Notes under the pieces: model-generated
Seen by the model: only the letters and a program-made list of their open reading frames with translations
Told to the model about the DNA's origin: nothing
The model's database searches: none
In this document: piece by piece, positions 1 through 10,757 of the stretch
Layout of the letters: each line of letters opens with the position of its first letter
How positions within the stretch are numbered: position 1 is the stretch's first letter
Translations under genes and position numbers: made by a program
NCBI GenBank assembly: GCA_963771465.1
Contig: CAVYTU010000017.1
Location: forward strand, 96,001-160,000
Direction of reading: 5' to 3'
Length of the DNA: 64,000 bases
DNA from: an uncultured delta proteobacterium
GTDB lineage: Bacteria > Desulfobacterota > Binatia > UBA9968

Positions 1-559
1 GATCAGCAAAGACCGAGAGGTCTGTGGCGATAACAAGGTCGATCAGTCACTAGTGATCGGTAAACAAGGCGAATTGAAAAACGCGGTGATTGAAATCGGC
101 GATCTAAAGCAAGGCAAATCACCGGCGAAAGAAGTGGAGCTGGATCAGGTCAAATGCGAGTACGTTCCCCACGTCGCCGTCGTTCCTACCGGCGGAACGG
201 TGAAGATTAAAAACAGCGACGGCATCCTGCACAACGTGCATAGCGTCAGCGAGAGGAACACGCCTTTCAATCGTGCGCAGCCCAAGTTCATGAAAGAGAT
301 CAAAGAAACCTTTGCGAAGCCGGAGATCGTCCAGTTGCGTTGCGACGTTCATGGTTGGATGAGCGGCTGGATCGTCGTTACGGAGAATCCATTTTTCGAC
401 GTCACTGAGGCCGACGGTACGTTTAAGTTCGACAGCGTGCCAGTGGGCAATTACGCCTTGGAAGTTTGGCATGAAACGCTCGGTAAAACGACCCAACACG
501 TCGAAGTTAAGGTCGGCGAAGTGACCAATGTGACTTTCGAATTTCGGTTGAAGAAGTAG
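1..559 (+). CDS. Cupredoxin-like/carboxypeptidase-regulatory-like domain protein (5' end outside window)
   Basis: Frame is open from base 2 (ISKDREVCGDNKVDQSLVIG...). Motifs LHNVH and CDVHGWM, C-terminal transthyretin-like 'GNYALEVWHE'. Paralog of 62208..62909. Confidence 0.75.
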   Translation, partial: ISKDREVCGDNKVDQSLVIGKQGELKNAVIEIGDLKQGKSPAKEVELDQVKCEYVPHVAVVPTGGTVKIKNSDGILHNVHSVSERNTPFNRAQPKFMKEIKETFAKPEIVQLRCDVHGWMSGWIVVTENPFFDVTEADGTFKFDSVPVGNYALEVWHETLGKTTQHVEVKVGEVTNVTFEFRLKK

Positions 560-579
560 CCGGCGAAACGGGTGGCTTC

Positions 580-1455
580 ATGGCCGGGGTATTTGGCATA
601 ACGATCTTGCTGCTGTTTCATACCGCCGCGCCCTTGCACGCGCAGCAAGCCGCGCTGAAGATCGGCGCCGATCAATTTATCTTTCAGCACCATGACGGCA
701 AGTTGACTCGGCCAGTCACCGTTTGGACCTATCGGCCAAAGCAGATGGTGCCGGATGCGCGAGTTCTCTTCGTCATGCACGGTGTGCAGCGCGATGGCCA
801 GCGCTACCGAGACGAGTGGCGTGCTTATGCCGAAAAGGACAGCGCGCTGCTGCTCGTGCCGGAATTCTCGGTCGCGAACTTTCCCGGCAGCGGCGGATAC
901 TCGTCGGCGAAGCCGAGCGCAGATTTGGCCGACGACGAGCTGACGCCGGCGGCGTACTCGGCGATTGAAAAGATTTTCGATCGGGCGATCAAACTGGCCG
1001 GTGTGGCTGCCGTGGATTATCGACTATACGGCCATTCTGCCGGTGCTCAGTTCGTCCATCGCTTCATCATGTTCAATCCCAGGGCGCGTGTGAAAATTGC
1101 CGTCGCTGCTAATGCCGGCTGGTACATGATGCCCGACTTCGATGTAAGATTTCCCTACGGACTCAAAGGGAGCGGCATCGATTCGGCGAAATTAAGAGAG
1201 TCCCTGGCTAAGAAGCTTATCGTTCAATTAGGCGAAAAAGATGTCGATCCACAGCATCCATCGCTCAACCGCGGCGCCGGCCCGATGCGTCAAGGACGCC
1301 AGCGATTTGAGCGCGGTCAGAACTTTTTTCGCGCCGCCCAACATGTTGCGGCGAAATTGAATGTTCCTTTCCACTGGGAATTAGCCGCCGTACCGGACGC
1401 CGGTCACGACAACGCCAAGATGGCGCTGGCAGCGGCACCGCTACTATTGAAATAG
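580..1455 (+). CDS. Secreted alpha/beta hydrolase
   Basis: Signal peptide, HG oxyanion motif, GHSAG nucleophile elbow, C-terminal GHD His. Confidence 0.8.
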   Translation: MAGVFGITILLLFHTAAPLHAQQAALKIGADQFIFQHHDGKLTRPVTVWTYRPKQMVPDARVLFVMHGVQRDGQRYRDEWRAYAEKDSALLLVPEFSVANFPGSGGYSSAKPSADLADDELTPAAYSAIEKIFDRAIKLAGVAAVDYRLYGHSAGAQFVHRFIMFNPRARVKIAVAANAGWYMMPDFDVRFPYGLKGSGIDSAKLRESLAKKLIVQLGEKDVDPQHPSLNRGAGPMRQGRQRFERGQNFFRAAQHVAAKLNVPFHWELAAVPDAGHDNAKMALAAAPLLLK

Positions 1456-1602
1456 TTTACCGTCAATTAGGTTTGTACTACCACAGAGATTGTTGCTAAC
1501 GCTTCGTCTTGTCTCGCTTGCATGTTTGTTCGTTTCGGTGTTTATCGTTTGGGCGAGCGGGCGGTAGTCAGAAAGCAGATAGCGATGGAAAGGAAATAAG
1601 TC

Positions 1603-2223
1603 ATGATTCAGCTCTATACATGGGGCACGCCGAACGGCAAAAAGGTTTCGATCATGCTCGAAGAAATAGGCATGGGGTACGAGGTGCACCCGATCAACAT
1701 CGGTCAAGGCGATCAGATGAAGCCGGAGTATCTGGCGATCAATCCAAACAATAAAATTCCCGCAATCATCGACACCGACGGTCCGGGCGGCAAGCCGTTC
1801 AAGCTTTTCGAGTCCGGCGCGATTCTGCTGTACTTGGCGGAGAAGTCGGGCAAGCTCTGGCCGGATGATTTGGCCCAGCGCTATACGGTGATTCAGTGGC
1901 TGATGTTTCAGATGGGCGGCGTCGGCCCGATGTTCGGGCAGGCTAATTATTTTTACCGCTTGGAAGAAAAAGTACCTTACGCCATCGAACGCTTTTACAA
2001 AGAAGCCGTGCGGCTTTACAACGTGCTCGACAAGCAATTGGGCGAGAGCGAATATCTCGCCGGCGGCGTATATTCGATCGCTGACATCGCCACCTATCCC
2101 TGGGTTTGGCGCCATGATGGCCACAATGTGAAACTGGAAGAGTTTTCCAACGTGAAACGCTGGTACGACAAGATCTCCGAGCGGCCGGCGGTCAAGCGGG
2201 GGATGGAGATTCCCAAGAAATAA
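1603..2223 (+). CDS. yfcG: Glutathione S-transferase, YfcG/YghU-like disulfide oxidoreductase
   Basis: WGTPNG, NPNNKIP, FESGAIL, GGVGPMFGQ motifs. Confidence 0.88.
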   Translation: MIQLYTWGTPNGKKVSIMLEEIGMGYEVHPINIGQGDQMKPEYLAINPNNKIPAIIDTDGPGGKPFKLFESGAILLYLAEKSGKLWPDDLAQRYTVIQWLMFQMGGVGPMFGQANYFYRLEEKVPYAIERFYKEAVRLYNVLDKQLGESEYLAGGVYSIADIATYPWVWRHDGHNVKLEEFSNVKRWYDKISERPAVKRGMEIPKK

Positions 2224-2287
2224 ATACCGCGATCGTGCTCGTAGTTCGTTTTGGTTTTTCGGAGCAGCGCGATTGAGAGGTAAAGCC

Positions 2288-4063
2288 ATGGCCAAGCAGC
2301 AAAAAATCGAGAAACCTAGGGCTGAGTGGGGATCGGATGTCGTCGTCGATTTATTGAAGGCGTTCGAGTTCGAGTATATCGCGATCAATCCCGGTGCGAC
2401 TTTTCGCGGCCTGCACGATTCTCTGGTCAATTACGGCGGCAATCACGCGCCGGAAATCATTCTTTGCAACCATGAAGAGATCGCCGTAGCGCTGGCGCAC
2501 GGCTACGCGCGCGCCAAAGGCAAGCCGATGGCGGCGGCGGTACACAACGTCGTCGGCCTGCAGCACGCCTCGATGGCGATCTATAACGCTTGGGCGGACC
2601 GGCTGCCAGTGATCGTTCTGGGCGGCACGGGTCCGATGGATTCTGCCAATCGCCGGCCGTGGATCGACTGGGTGCATACGGCCAATGTGCAGGGCAATCT
2701 CGTGCGCGACTTCTGCAAGTGGGACGATCAGCCGGCGAGTGTCGAGGCGGTGCCGGATTCGTTTATCCGCGGCTATCGGCTCGCGACCACCGATCCGATG
2801 GGGCCGGTTTATATCTGCTACGACGGCGATGTGCAGGAAAAACAATTGGACGGCGAGACCTCATTCGACGTCGCGCGTTACCCAGCGCCGTTGCCGCTGC
2901 AAGCGCCGGAAGAAGGTTTTAGCCAAACTATTCAGATGATTTTGGCGGCTAAGCGGCCGGTGATTCTGGCGGATTGGGTGGGCCGGCGCGAGGCCGGATT
3001 CAATGCGCTCGGCGAGTTGGCCGAGTTGTTAGCCGCGCCCGTGCTCGATCAGTTGGGGCGGTTTAATTTTCCGGTGCAACATCCGCTCAATCTGACCGGT
3101 CAGGCCGACAAAGTGATCCCACAGGCCGATCTCATCCTCGCTCTCGATGTTACTGATCTTGAAGGCGCCACCGTGCGGCGTGTGCAGGAACGCGGCAATC
3201 GCCGCCCGACGCCGCTATTATCGCCTGGGACTAAAGTCATCAACGTCGCCTTGGACGATTTGCTGGTGCGCGCTTGGGCGACCGATTTCAACAAGCTGCG
3301 CGCCGCCGATCTGATGATTCTCGCCGACACATCGGTTTTCCTGCCGGAGTTGGTGCGCCGGCTGAAAGAGGAGAAAAGACTCGGTGCGATGAAGGACGAC
3401 ATCGCCAGGCGGCGCGCGGATTGGAGCAAAATTCATGAGGAGAAAAGAACCGCGCTGGAACAAGAATTGAAGTCTAAATGGGATGAAAAGCCGGTGTCGA
3501 TGACGCGCATCTACGCGGAGATCAATGACGCGCTCAAGGGCGAGGATTGGGTGCTGACCAACGGTAGCTCCCAGGGCAAAGAGAATTTCTACTTGCCGGC
3601 GACGAAGTTCAATCAGATTCTCGGCAAGTACAAGGGCGGCGGTTTGGGTTATGGCATGCCGGCGTCGCTCGGTGCTGCGCTAGCTCACAAAGGCTCGGGC
3701 AAATTCTGCATCAACATTCAGCCCGACGGCGATTTACTCTTTACCGTTAGTTCTATCTGGACCGCGGTGCACCATCAGATTCCGCTCTTGAGCATCGTTT
3801 GCAGCAACCGCTCCTATTTCAACGACGAAGAACATCAAGAACGGGTTGCGTTACAGCGCAACCGGCCGGTGGAAAACAAAACCATCGGCATCCGCATCGA
3901 AAATCCCAACATCGACTTCGGCGCCATGGCGCGCACCTACGGCTGCTGGGGCGCCGGTCCGATCAGCGAACCCAAGGACTTGATCAAAACGCTGCGCGAA
4001 GCGGTCAAGGTGGTGAAAGCGGGCAAGCCGGCGCTGGTCGACGTGGTGTGTCAGATGCGCTGA
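2288..4063 (+). CDS. Thiamine pyrophosphate-binding enzyme (ALS/decarboxylase superfamily)
   Basis: NPGATFRGLHDSLVN, HEEIAVALAHGYA, C-terminal PDGDLL...N TPP motif; ATG at 2288 after GAGAGG. Confidence 0.88.
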   Translation: MAKQQKIEKPRAEWGSDVVVDLLKAFEFEYIAINPGATFRGLHDSLVNYGGNHAPEIILCNHEEIAVALAHGYARAKGKPMAAAVHNVVGLQHASMAIYNAWADRLPVIVLGGTGPMDSANRRPWIDWVHTANVQGNLVRDFCKWDDQPASVEAVPDSFIRGYRLATTDPMGPVYICYDGDVQEKQLDGETSFDVARYPAPLPLQAPEEGFSQTIQMILAAKRPVILADWVGRREAGFNALGELAELLAAPVLDQLGRFNFPVQHPLNLTGQADKVIPQADLILALDVTDLEGATVRRVQERGNRRPTPLLSPGTKVINVALDDLLVRAWATDFNKLRAADLMILADTSVFLPELVRRLKEEKRLGAMKDDIARRRADWSKIHEEKRTALEQELKSKWDEKPVSMTRIYAEINDALKGEDWVLTNGSSQGKENFYLPATKFNQILGKYKGGGLGYGMPASLGAALAHKGSGKFCINIQPDGDLLFTVSSIWTAVHHQIPLLSIVCSNRSYFNDEEHQERVALQRNRPVENKTIGIRIENPNIDFGAMARTYGCWGAGPISEPKDLIKTLREAVKVVKAGKPALVDVVCQMR

Positions 4064-4095
4064 CCTGAATTTAGAGAAGGAATAATTTTACTGGG

Positions 4096-4158
4096 TTCAT
4101 GAAGGCCACGAAGGTTTCAGATGATTGGTACGCCGAACTTCGTGCCCTTCGTTGTGAA
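4096..4158. repeat. Imperfect inverted repeat (CACGAAG...CTTCGTG) between convergent genes
   Basis: TTCATGAAGGCCACGAAGG pairs imperfectly with CTTCGTGCCCTTCGTTGTGAA. Confidence 0.5.
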
Positions 4159-4172
4159 AAACAATTCGCAGG

Positions 4173-4652
4173 TTATCTTCTTGCCGCCTGCCACTTGTCT
4201 AGAATGTCCCTTGCACTGTTAGTCGCCGGATTCATCGCTTCGTCGTGCCCCGGCATTTTAGCCGTGAGCTCGATCACGTAACCATTCGGATCGCGGAAGT
4301 AGATCGAGTGTACCATTCCGTGATCGGCGATGCCGCGGGTGTCGATCCCTTGCCCCTTTCCCTTGGCAAACATCGCCAGTAGCGTCGGTTCGTCGACTTC
4401 GAGAGCGATGTGCAAGTCGAAATCATGCTGCGCTTTGAAATCGAAAGGCATGTCGGGCGCCTCGAAGAAGGCCAGGCACGAGCCGTCAGCCATTTGATAA
4501 AACGTATGGAGCACGCTGCTTTTACGCGCGGTCTTGGTCTCTTTGATGTCGAGAGTTCCGACTAGTTTCAAGCCGAGAAAATCCTCGTAGAATTTGCGCG
4601 TCTCTTCCGAGTCCCGGCATCGATAGGCGCTGTGATGGAGGCCTTTGATCAT
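4173..4652 (-). CDS. VOC/glyoxalase family protein
   Basis: GLHHSAYRC, HIAL, SIYFRDPNGYVIEL; ATG at 4652 with GGAG RBS. Confidence 0.88.
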   Translation of the reverse strand: MIKGLHHSAYRCRDSEETRKFYEDFLGLKLVGTLDIKETKTARKSSVLHTFYQMADGSCLAFFEAPDMPFDFKAQHDFDLHIALEVDEPTLLAMFAKGKGQGIDTRGIADHGMVHSIYFRDPNGYVIELTAKMPGHDEAMNPATNSARDILDKWQAARR

Positions 4653-4672
4653 CGTTTGGTTCTCCTTTGAAT

Positions 4673-5350
4673 TTAAAGTCCTTCGCACGGCTCATCTTTA
4701 AACGGCGCAACGAAGTGAGTGTAAAACGGTTCGTTGGTTTTCTCCCAATAGGGGAGCGATTTCATGTTCGTAAGCCAACGCGTAACGTTGGGATAAGCGG
4801 AATAGTCGAGACGAATGACATCGCCGAGGGTGACATAACACGCGCCCATGAAGTCAGCGAGAGTGGGCTCGTTGCCGCAGACAAAGCTATTCGCCGGACC
4901 GATATGATGGCGGTCGAGGATCTCCAGCCAATGCTTCGCCTTACCGCGACTCCAAGCCAGATGCGCGCGGTGCGCTTGATCGTCGCCTTTGCGATAAGTC
5001 TCGATGACCTGGGGATAGATCAAGCCGTAGCCGAGATCCCGGTAAAGCCCGGTGTTGAACCAGTCCATACGCTCGTGGACGCGCGCCCGGGCGCGCGCAT
5101 CGGCAGGATAACTCGGAGCCTTAGACTTCTCCGCCAGATATCTGAGAATGGCGGAGCTTTCGGCCAGTCGAAAGTCGCCGTCCTCCAGTAGCGGCACGGC
5201 GCCGTTGGGGTTGATCGAAAGAAACTCGGGTTTTAGATTTGCGCCCGTGAACAGATCGACCATCTGATAGTCGATGGCGATATTCTCCGCCGCGGCTAAG
5301 AGCATGATTGGCCGGCAGGTTGTCGATGCGGGATGGAAATAGAGCTTCAT
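4673..5350 (-). CDS. Glutathione S-transferase family protein
   Basis: INPNGAVPLL, LAESSAILRYLA, PTLADF motifs. Confidence 0.88.
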   Translation of the reverse strand: MKLYFHPASTTCRPIMLLAAAENIAIDYQMVDLFTGANLKPEFLSINPNGAVPLLEDGDFRLAESSAILRYLAEKSKAPSYPADARARARVHERMDWFNTGLYRDLGYGLIYPQVIETYRKGDDQAHRAHLAWSRGKAKHWLEILDRHHIGPANSFVCGNEPTLADFMGACYVTLGDVIRLDYSAYPNVTRWLTNMKSLPYWEKTNEPFYTHFVAPFKDEPCEGL

Positions 5351-5397
5351 CTTAATTATCCTTTCAAGCTTTGGGCAATTTGAATGCCGTAGGTCGG

Positions 5398-6801
5398 CTA
5401 TGGGTTTGAGATATGCTCTCCGATTCGGTGCAGCCGATTGCGCACCAATTCGATGTGTGTGCGCAAGTTGTAGACGTAGTCGGAGTAGTTGGAGCTGACC
5501 CGAGTGCGATTGACGCCGTCTTCGATCTCGTCGAGACGGCCAAAATAACTGTCGAGCTTTGCGGGGTCGGGATTGGCGGCAACCTGTTCTTCTATCGACT
5601 TAAGCTCGCCGTACCATTTGAATACGCGCGATTTGTTGCGCCACTGGATTAGCATTGGAAGAATCTTGAACAGCGGCAGCAGCACGGCGATGAGCGGCAC
5701 TAGGAGCACGGCGATTCGCTCGATCAAGTTGGCGATCCAGAACGGCAGGTAACGCTGCAAAAACGGTGTGCCGCTTTTGTAAAAACGCTTGGCCTCGTCG
5801 GCGATGATGAATTCCGATTCCTTCGGTGCGGGAAACTCGCCGGACTTTTGCAGCATGCCGCCTCGTCCGTGAACTTCGGTGGCCGCCTGCAATAGCAAAA
5901 ATCCCAGCGCCGGATGAAAGTCTTCTTTCACGACCAGATTGGCCGTGGTCGTAAGCAAGATAACATCGCGGGCCGGAAGGTCCGCTGCCAGATCGATGGC
6001 GCCGCGCGGCAACTGTATCGCCGTGAGAAACGGGAAACGGCGCGTGAAGGCTTCGGCTTGAGCGAGATTCGCCAGCTTAACTTCTCTATCCTTGGCTAAT
6101 GTTTGTATTGCAGGCGTATCCGGGGAGCCGACCAGCATGGCGGCGTCGATGCTGCCGTCGATGATCTCCTTGACCGCGTCGTTGGCGCCGAGCGGTAAAA
6201 GATCGGCTGATGCGTTGTCGACGCCGCTGGCTTTGAGCAGCTGCAACGCCAGCGCGCGGGTGCCGCTGCCCTCGGCGCCGACGGCGACGCGCTTGCCCGT
6301 CAGCTGGCTCAGCTTGTCGATCTCGATATTCCCTCGATAGAAAACCCACAGCGGTTCGTAATAGACCGAGCCGAGGGAGCGCAGTCCCGCGGGCGGTTCG
6401 CCGCTGACCATGCCGGCTTGAATCAATCCGACTTCGAATTCAGATTGAGTGTCTTGCAGCCGCTGCAAGTTTTCCAGCGATCCCGCCGAAGGTTTGAGCG
6501 CTATGTTAATCTTCTCGCGGGCGAGAATGGCGCGATAGCGATTGGCAAATAGATGATAGGCGCCGCCGTCCGCACCGGTGGTCATGACAAAAGTGTCCGC
6601 CGGCGCCGGTTTGATAAAACGCGCGGCAAACCAAAAGGCTATAATGACCACAAGTAAGGGCAGCGCGACGATGAAGAAGATGTCCTTGACCGCTTCTTTG
6701 TCGAACTCCGTGCGTCCACCGTCCTCAGCCTTGCGCACGATCGAACGAATGCGGTGGCGGGCAGGCGTTGAGGAGTGAGGAGAAGTTGGGGGTTCGGCCA
6801 T
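5398..6801 (-). CDS. Membrane-anchored TAXI-family TRAP solute-binding protein
   Basis: TG..GGAY, SAGSLENL, YYEPLWVF, GSGTR TAXI motifs; N-terminal TM helix and C-terminal TM plus coiled tail. Confidence 0.85.
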   Translation of the reverse strand: MAEPPTSPHSSTPARHRIRSIVRKAEDGGRTEFDKEAVKDIFFIVALPLLVVIIAFWFAARFIKPAPADTFVMTTGADGGAYHLFANRYRAILAREKINIALKPSAGSLENLQRLQDTQSEFEVGLIQAGMVSGEPPAGLRSLGSVYYEPLWVFYRGNIEIDKLSQLTGKRVAVGAEGSGTRALALQLLKASGVDNASADLLPLGANDAVKEIIDGSIDAAMLVGSPDTPAIQTLAKDREVKLANLAQAEAFTRRFPFLTAIQLPRGAIDLAADLPARDVILLTTTANLVVKEDFHPALGFLLLQAATEVHGRGGMLQKSGEFPAPKESEFIIADEAKRFYKSGTPFLQRYLPFWIANLIERIAVLLVPLIAVLLPLFKILPMLIQWRNKSRVFKWYGELKSIEEQVAANPDPAKLDSYFGRLDEIEDGVNRTRVSSNYSDYVYNLRTHIELVRNRLHRIGEHISNP

Positions 6802-6804
6802 GGG

Positions 6805-7527
6805 TTATGTCCCCAATTGCTGAGCGAGGTCGCGGAAATCCTTGACGACAAAATCGTATCGTTCGGTTGGCGGAATTTTAGATGCTTTTCCAGCCCCATG
6901 TTCCATCGGTCGATGGACATACGCAGTACGCAGTCCATGCCTTTGCGCCGATTGAAGATCATGTTCGTGGGCGGCAACCATCATCATTTGCTCGGGTTTG
7001 AGGTCGAAGAGTTCACCGGGCAGAAGGTAAATTCCCGGATCGGGTTTGTAGCGGCGCACGTTCTCAGCAGACAAGACGCAGTCCCACGGCAGGCCGGCGT
7101 GCTTCGCCATGTTGGTCAGCAGCGAAATGTTGCCGTTGGATAACGTCGTGATGACGAAACGCGACTTCAAACGCTCAAGTCCCGGCACCGAGTCGGGCCA
7201 AGGTGTGAGCCGATGCCAGACGCGATTGAAGTGTTCCTTTTCTTCGCCACTGAGTGAATCGATGGCAAATTTCTTCAGCGTCTCGGCGAGCATCATGCGA
7301 TGCAGGTCATCGAGCTTTGTCCAGGGGAATTCGCCACTCTGAACTTTGTCCATGTATGGCCGATAAATGGCGCGCCAAGCGTCGGCAAAGGCAGTCCAGT
7401 CGATGTTGATGCCTTTTGTTTTGCCGAGTTGCTCGCCTTCGGCAATCACGCTCGATCGCCAGTCGACGACGGTGCCGAAGACATCGAAGGCGAGCAGTTT
7501 GATTTGCCGGATGTTTGGATTCGACAT
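6805..7527 (-). CDS. Haloacid dehalogenase type II
   Basis: FDVFGTVVDW, LSNGN, YKPDP, VAAHEHDL motifs. Confidence 0.9.
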   Translation of the reverse strand: MSNPNIRQIKLLAFDVFGTVVDWRSSVIAEGEQLGKTKGINIDWTAFADAWRAIYRPYMDKVQSGEFPWTKLDDLHRMMLAETLKKFAIDSLSGEEKEHFNRVWHRLTPWPDSVPGLERLKSRFVITTLSNGNISLLTNMAKHAGLPWDCVLSAENVRRYKPDPGIYLLPGELFDLKPEQMMMVAAHEHDLQSAQRHGLRTAYVHRPMEHGAGKASKIPPTERYDFVVKDFRDLAQQLGT

Positions 7528-7538
7528 TAGGACTCCTG

Positions 7539-8696
7539 TTAGCCGCACACCGAAAACTTGAACGGATAGTTGTGCAGCGCCTCCCCTCCGCTAGGTTTCA
7601 CCACCACGGCGGCGCCTAATTGCAAGCCAGCTTTGAAATCCTTCGTGATCGGGTTGGGTTGGATGACGTGAACCATGTTTTCTTCCAGCGTCCATTTCTC
7701 CAGCGAGTGCGCAGCAGACTTCGTGCCGAGCTCGGGCGATTTGCCGGCTTCGCCGTGGAAGACGCTGTCGTAACTGGTGAAGCCACTGTCTTCGATGGCT
7801 GAAGTTGCGGCGATGATCTGTTCGCTGGTGGTGCCGGGTTTGCAGATACTGCGCACGCTTTCGTAGCAGTCGTAGGCGGCATCGAAAAGTTTGCGATAGG
7901 TGGGAGTGGGTTCTTTACCGATGGCAAATGGGCGATGGATTTGCGTCGAGTAGCCCCAATAGCTGACAGTAAGTTCCGTAATCACCACGCTGCCTTTTTC
8001 AAGTACGTGTGACGTCTGGCGCTGCCAGGGGACGAAACGATCGGGATTGTCCATATTGGTTGTCGCGATGAAATGAATGCCGGGATCGCCGCCATGTTTT
8101 AGATAGGCGTCGTAGACGATCGACACAACGTCATGCTCGGTTAATCCTGGCCGCAAATTTTTCTCTAACGCTTCACAGGCGAGATCGGTCAAGTAGCCGC
8201 TCTTGCGCAGATAGGTCAGTTCTTCGTCGCTGCGCACTCGACGAATTCTACCGAACTGCGGGCCAAATTCGAGGAACTCGGCTTCGGGAAACTGGCGCTG
8301 CAACTCCGTAACGTGGCCGTAGGACATGGCGCGCATACTGACCAGACCGATTTTGCTCTGGCTCAGGCCACGCTTGCGAATCTCTTCGACCAGCGTCGGC
8401 ATCGGTGTCGGTCCGTACCAGCGGACATCTTCGACGATTGATTGTGCTTTGGCGCAGGGTTGGTGATTGAAAAAGTGGATGAAGACAGTGGCGTCGCCTT
8501 CACCTGGGAAAAGCATCCAGCACGGTGATTGCGCCTGGTAGTTCGATAGGTAAGCCACTTCCGACGAACCGCGCGCGCCGGAGATCAGAAGGGCGTCGAC
8601 ATTGTTTTGCTTCATCGCTGCGTGAATTGCGTTGTAACGCCGCACGTATTCACCATCCGAGAAACAAGGGAATAGGCTTCCGTCATTCATTGTCAT
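7539..8696 (-). CDS. M24 (Xaa-Pro peptidase/creatinase) fold protein
   Basis: Creatinase-type N-domain, RRVRSDEEL, pita-bread fold; most metal ligands are substituted. Confidence 0.8.
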   Translation of the reverse strand: MTMNDGSLFPCFSDGEYVRRYNAIHAAMKQNNVDALLISGARGSSEVAYLSNYQAQSPCWMLFPGEGDATVFIHFFNHQPCAKAQSIVEDVRWYGPTPMPTLVEEIRKRGLSQSKIGLVSMRAMSYGHVTELQRQFPEAEFLEFGPQFGRIRRVRSDEELTYLRKSGYLTDLACEALEKNLRPGLTEHDVVSIVYDAYLKHGGDPGIHFIATTNMDNPDRFVPWQRQTSHVLEKGSVVITELTVSYWGYSTQIHRPFAIGKEPTPTYRKLFDAAYDCYESVRSICKPGTTSEQIIAATSAIEDSGFTSYDSVFHGEAGKSPELGTKSAAHSLEKWTLEENMVHVIQPNPITKDFKAGLQLGAAVVVKPSGGEALHNYPFKFSVCG

Positions 8697-10736
8697 TGTC
8701 CAACTGATTTAAGATTAAGACGTTTCGTTCCACACACCAGCGTTGCGATCTGGCTGGTTTGGGACCAAATCGGCACCACAGGAAATTAGCACATTCGCTT
8801 CCGGCCAGTAAGCTTCCAAGGTGCCGGATTTGACAGTCCACGAGCCGATCGGTACTGCCGAAGGTCATGAAGTTGAACTTTTTGCCGCGGTTCGTGGCGA
8901 GATAGAAGTTTCCCGAGCGAATTTCTGGTCGGGCGGATCGAGCGCGGTAAAGCGCGCGCGATTATCGGGCATGCCGGCAAAGCCGTCTTTGAATAGAAAC
9001 GGCCCACCCCATTGGAGCTGATCGCCTTCTTTTTTCAACTTTTCGATGCCTCGATAGATCGGCATGACGCGGCTCATCTCGTCGCGGATGCTTTGGGTAT
9101 CGTCGAACGGAAACAGCTTGTCGCCGTTGGGCATCGATCTGCGGCCAATCTGCACGGGGATTTCCCACTCGGGTCTGGTTTCGCCGATTGGATGGCCGAC
9201 GATCTCCGGGGTGAAGCGGATTCTTCTTTCGGTGCTGGTCGATGTGCCGCCGCTGCGTTGTTCGTAGCGGGTTTGGCCCGGCAGCAAAACCACCGTTTCC
9301 TCGGCGTCGAGCAACATCGAGCTGTTGAGCACGATGTCTTGATGCACACGCACGCGGACTTTGCCGAGCGCCGCGGCAACGAACTCAGGATCGGGCATGG
9401 TTTCATAAAGATTGGCGCCGATGGAATATAAAAACTTGATTTCACCGCGGCCCACCGCTTCGATCATCTGCGGCACTTTGAGGCCGGGATTGGACGGCAC
9501 CGGGTGATACCACAGATTGGAAAAACGCCGCGCGTTGTCGTCGTTGACGGCAAAGCCGCCGGGAAATTTATCGGGCTCCGCGCCGCAGTCACCGCCGCCT
9601 TGGACACCGCTATGGCTGCGGATCGGCATGATGCCGCATTTTTCCCTGCCGAGCATGCCGCGCGACAACGCGAGGTTGACGACGGCCTTCACGTTGTCGA
9701 CCGCAAACTCATGCTGCGTAAGCCCGGTGCCGTAAACCAATACCGCGGTGCGCGCGTGGCTGTACAGATCGGCGAAACGCTGCATCTGTCCGCGCGTCAC
9801 GCCCGAGCGCTGCTCAAGCATTTCCCAGCTCTGCCGTTCGACAGTTGCTTTGAGATCAGCGATGCCCGTGGTGTGTTTGTCGATGTACGCTTGATCGATT
9901 CGTTTGGAATAGATGAGTTCCTTCAATACGCCGTTAATAAAGGCTATGTCCCCGCCGACATGAACCTGAAAAAACTCGTCCATTAAGTTAGCGGGATTGA
10001 CGACGATAATCTGGGTACCGGCCTTTTGGGCGAGGTGTATGTATTTGGTCGCTTCCGGCTGATTGCGGGCGAGATCGGTACCGAATAGGATTAACAATTC
10101 CGTGCCGATAAAATCCGCCAGCGAACAGGTTGGCGCGCCGACGCCGAGGGTCGCTTTCAAACCCGAGTCGCTGCCGGCGTGGCATAAGCGCGAGCAGAGA
10201 TCGACGTTGTTGGTGCCGAGCACGCGGGCGAGCTTTTGAAAGACGTAATAGACTTCGTTGGTGAGCCCGCGCTGGGTGGCGAAGAACGCCATCTCATGGG
10301 GCGCGGTATCGTGGATCGATTTGCAGACGACGGCGAGGGCGTCGTCCCAGCCGATGCGCGTGAATCCGCGCTCGCCTTTGCGCCGGATCATCGGATAGGG
10401 CAAGCGGCCCAGCGATCGCAGCCCTTCAGGTTTCATTTGCTTGAGGCGCTCGACATCTCTCATGCGCGCCATGTCGAGGGACGGCATGGTATTGAGCTTG
10501 AGTAGCTTGAGCCGCTTCATGCACAGATGCACGCCGTCGAGCACGTTGTCGCGCAAGCCGTAAGGGCCGAGCGAGCAGCCGTCGCACACGCCGTGGTTGA
10601 TGATGTTCCACGCGTAGGGAATCTCTTTGCGGTTTTCCCATAGGACGCGAATCATGTCGCGAAAATGGTGCGGTTTGGTCTGGCCGATCAGGCCGAATGG
10701 GACGACCCGGGAGAGCGAGGTGTCGTTGGATTTCAT
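8683..10736 (-). pseudogene. FdhF/YdeP-family molybdopterin oxidoreductase, frameshifted and truncated at the C-terminus
   Basis: CDGCSLG...HLC, CSRLCH, RSHSGVQGG, QTRYEQ..GGTSTSTERR. Near 8915 a shifted frame continues GNFYLATNRGKKFNFMTFG, the start of the Mo-dinucleotide domain. Confidence 0.75.
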
Positions 10737-10757
10737 GGCAGGTTTGTAATTCGCATC

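Noticed and set aside
1444-2430. 328-aa minus-strand ORF, and similar long antisense ORFs (33522..34406, 35919..36587, 37324..38097, 40267..41175, 54361..55077)
   Set aside because: They shadow well-supported genes on the opposite strand, a typical high-GC codon artefact, and have no recognisable motifs.
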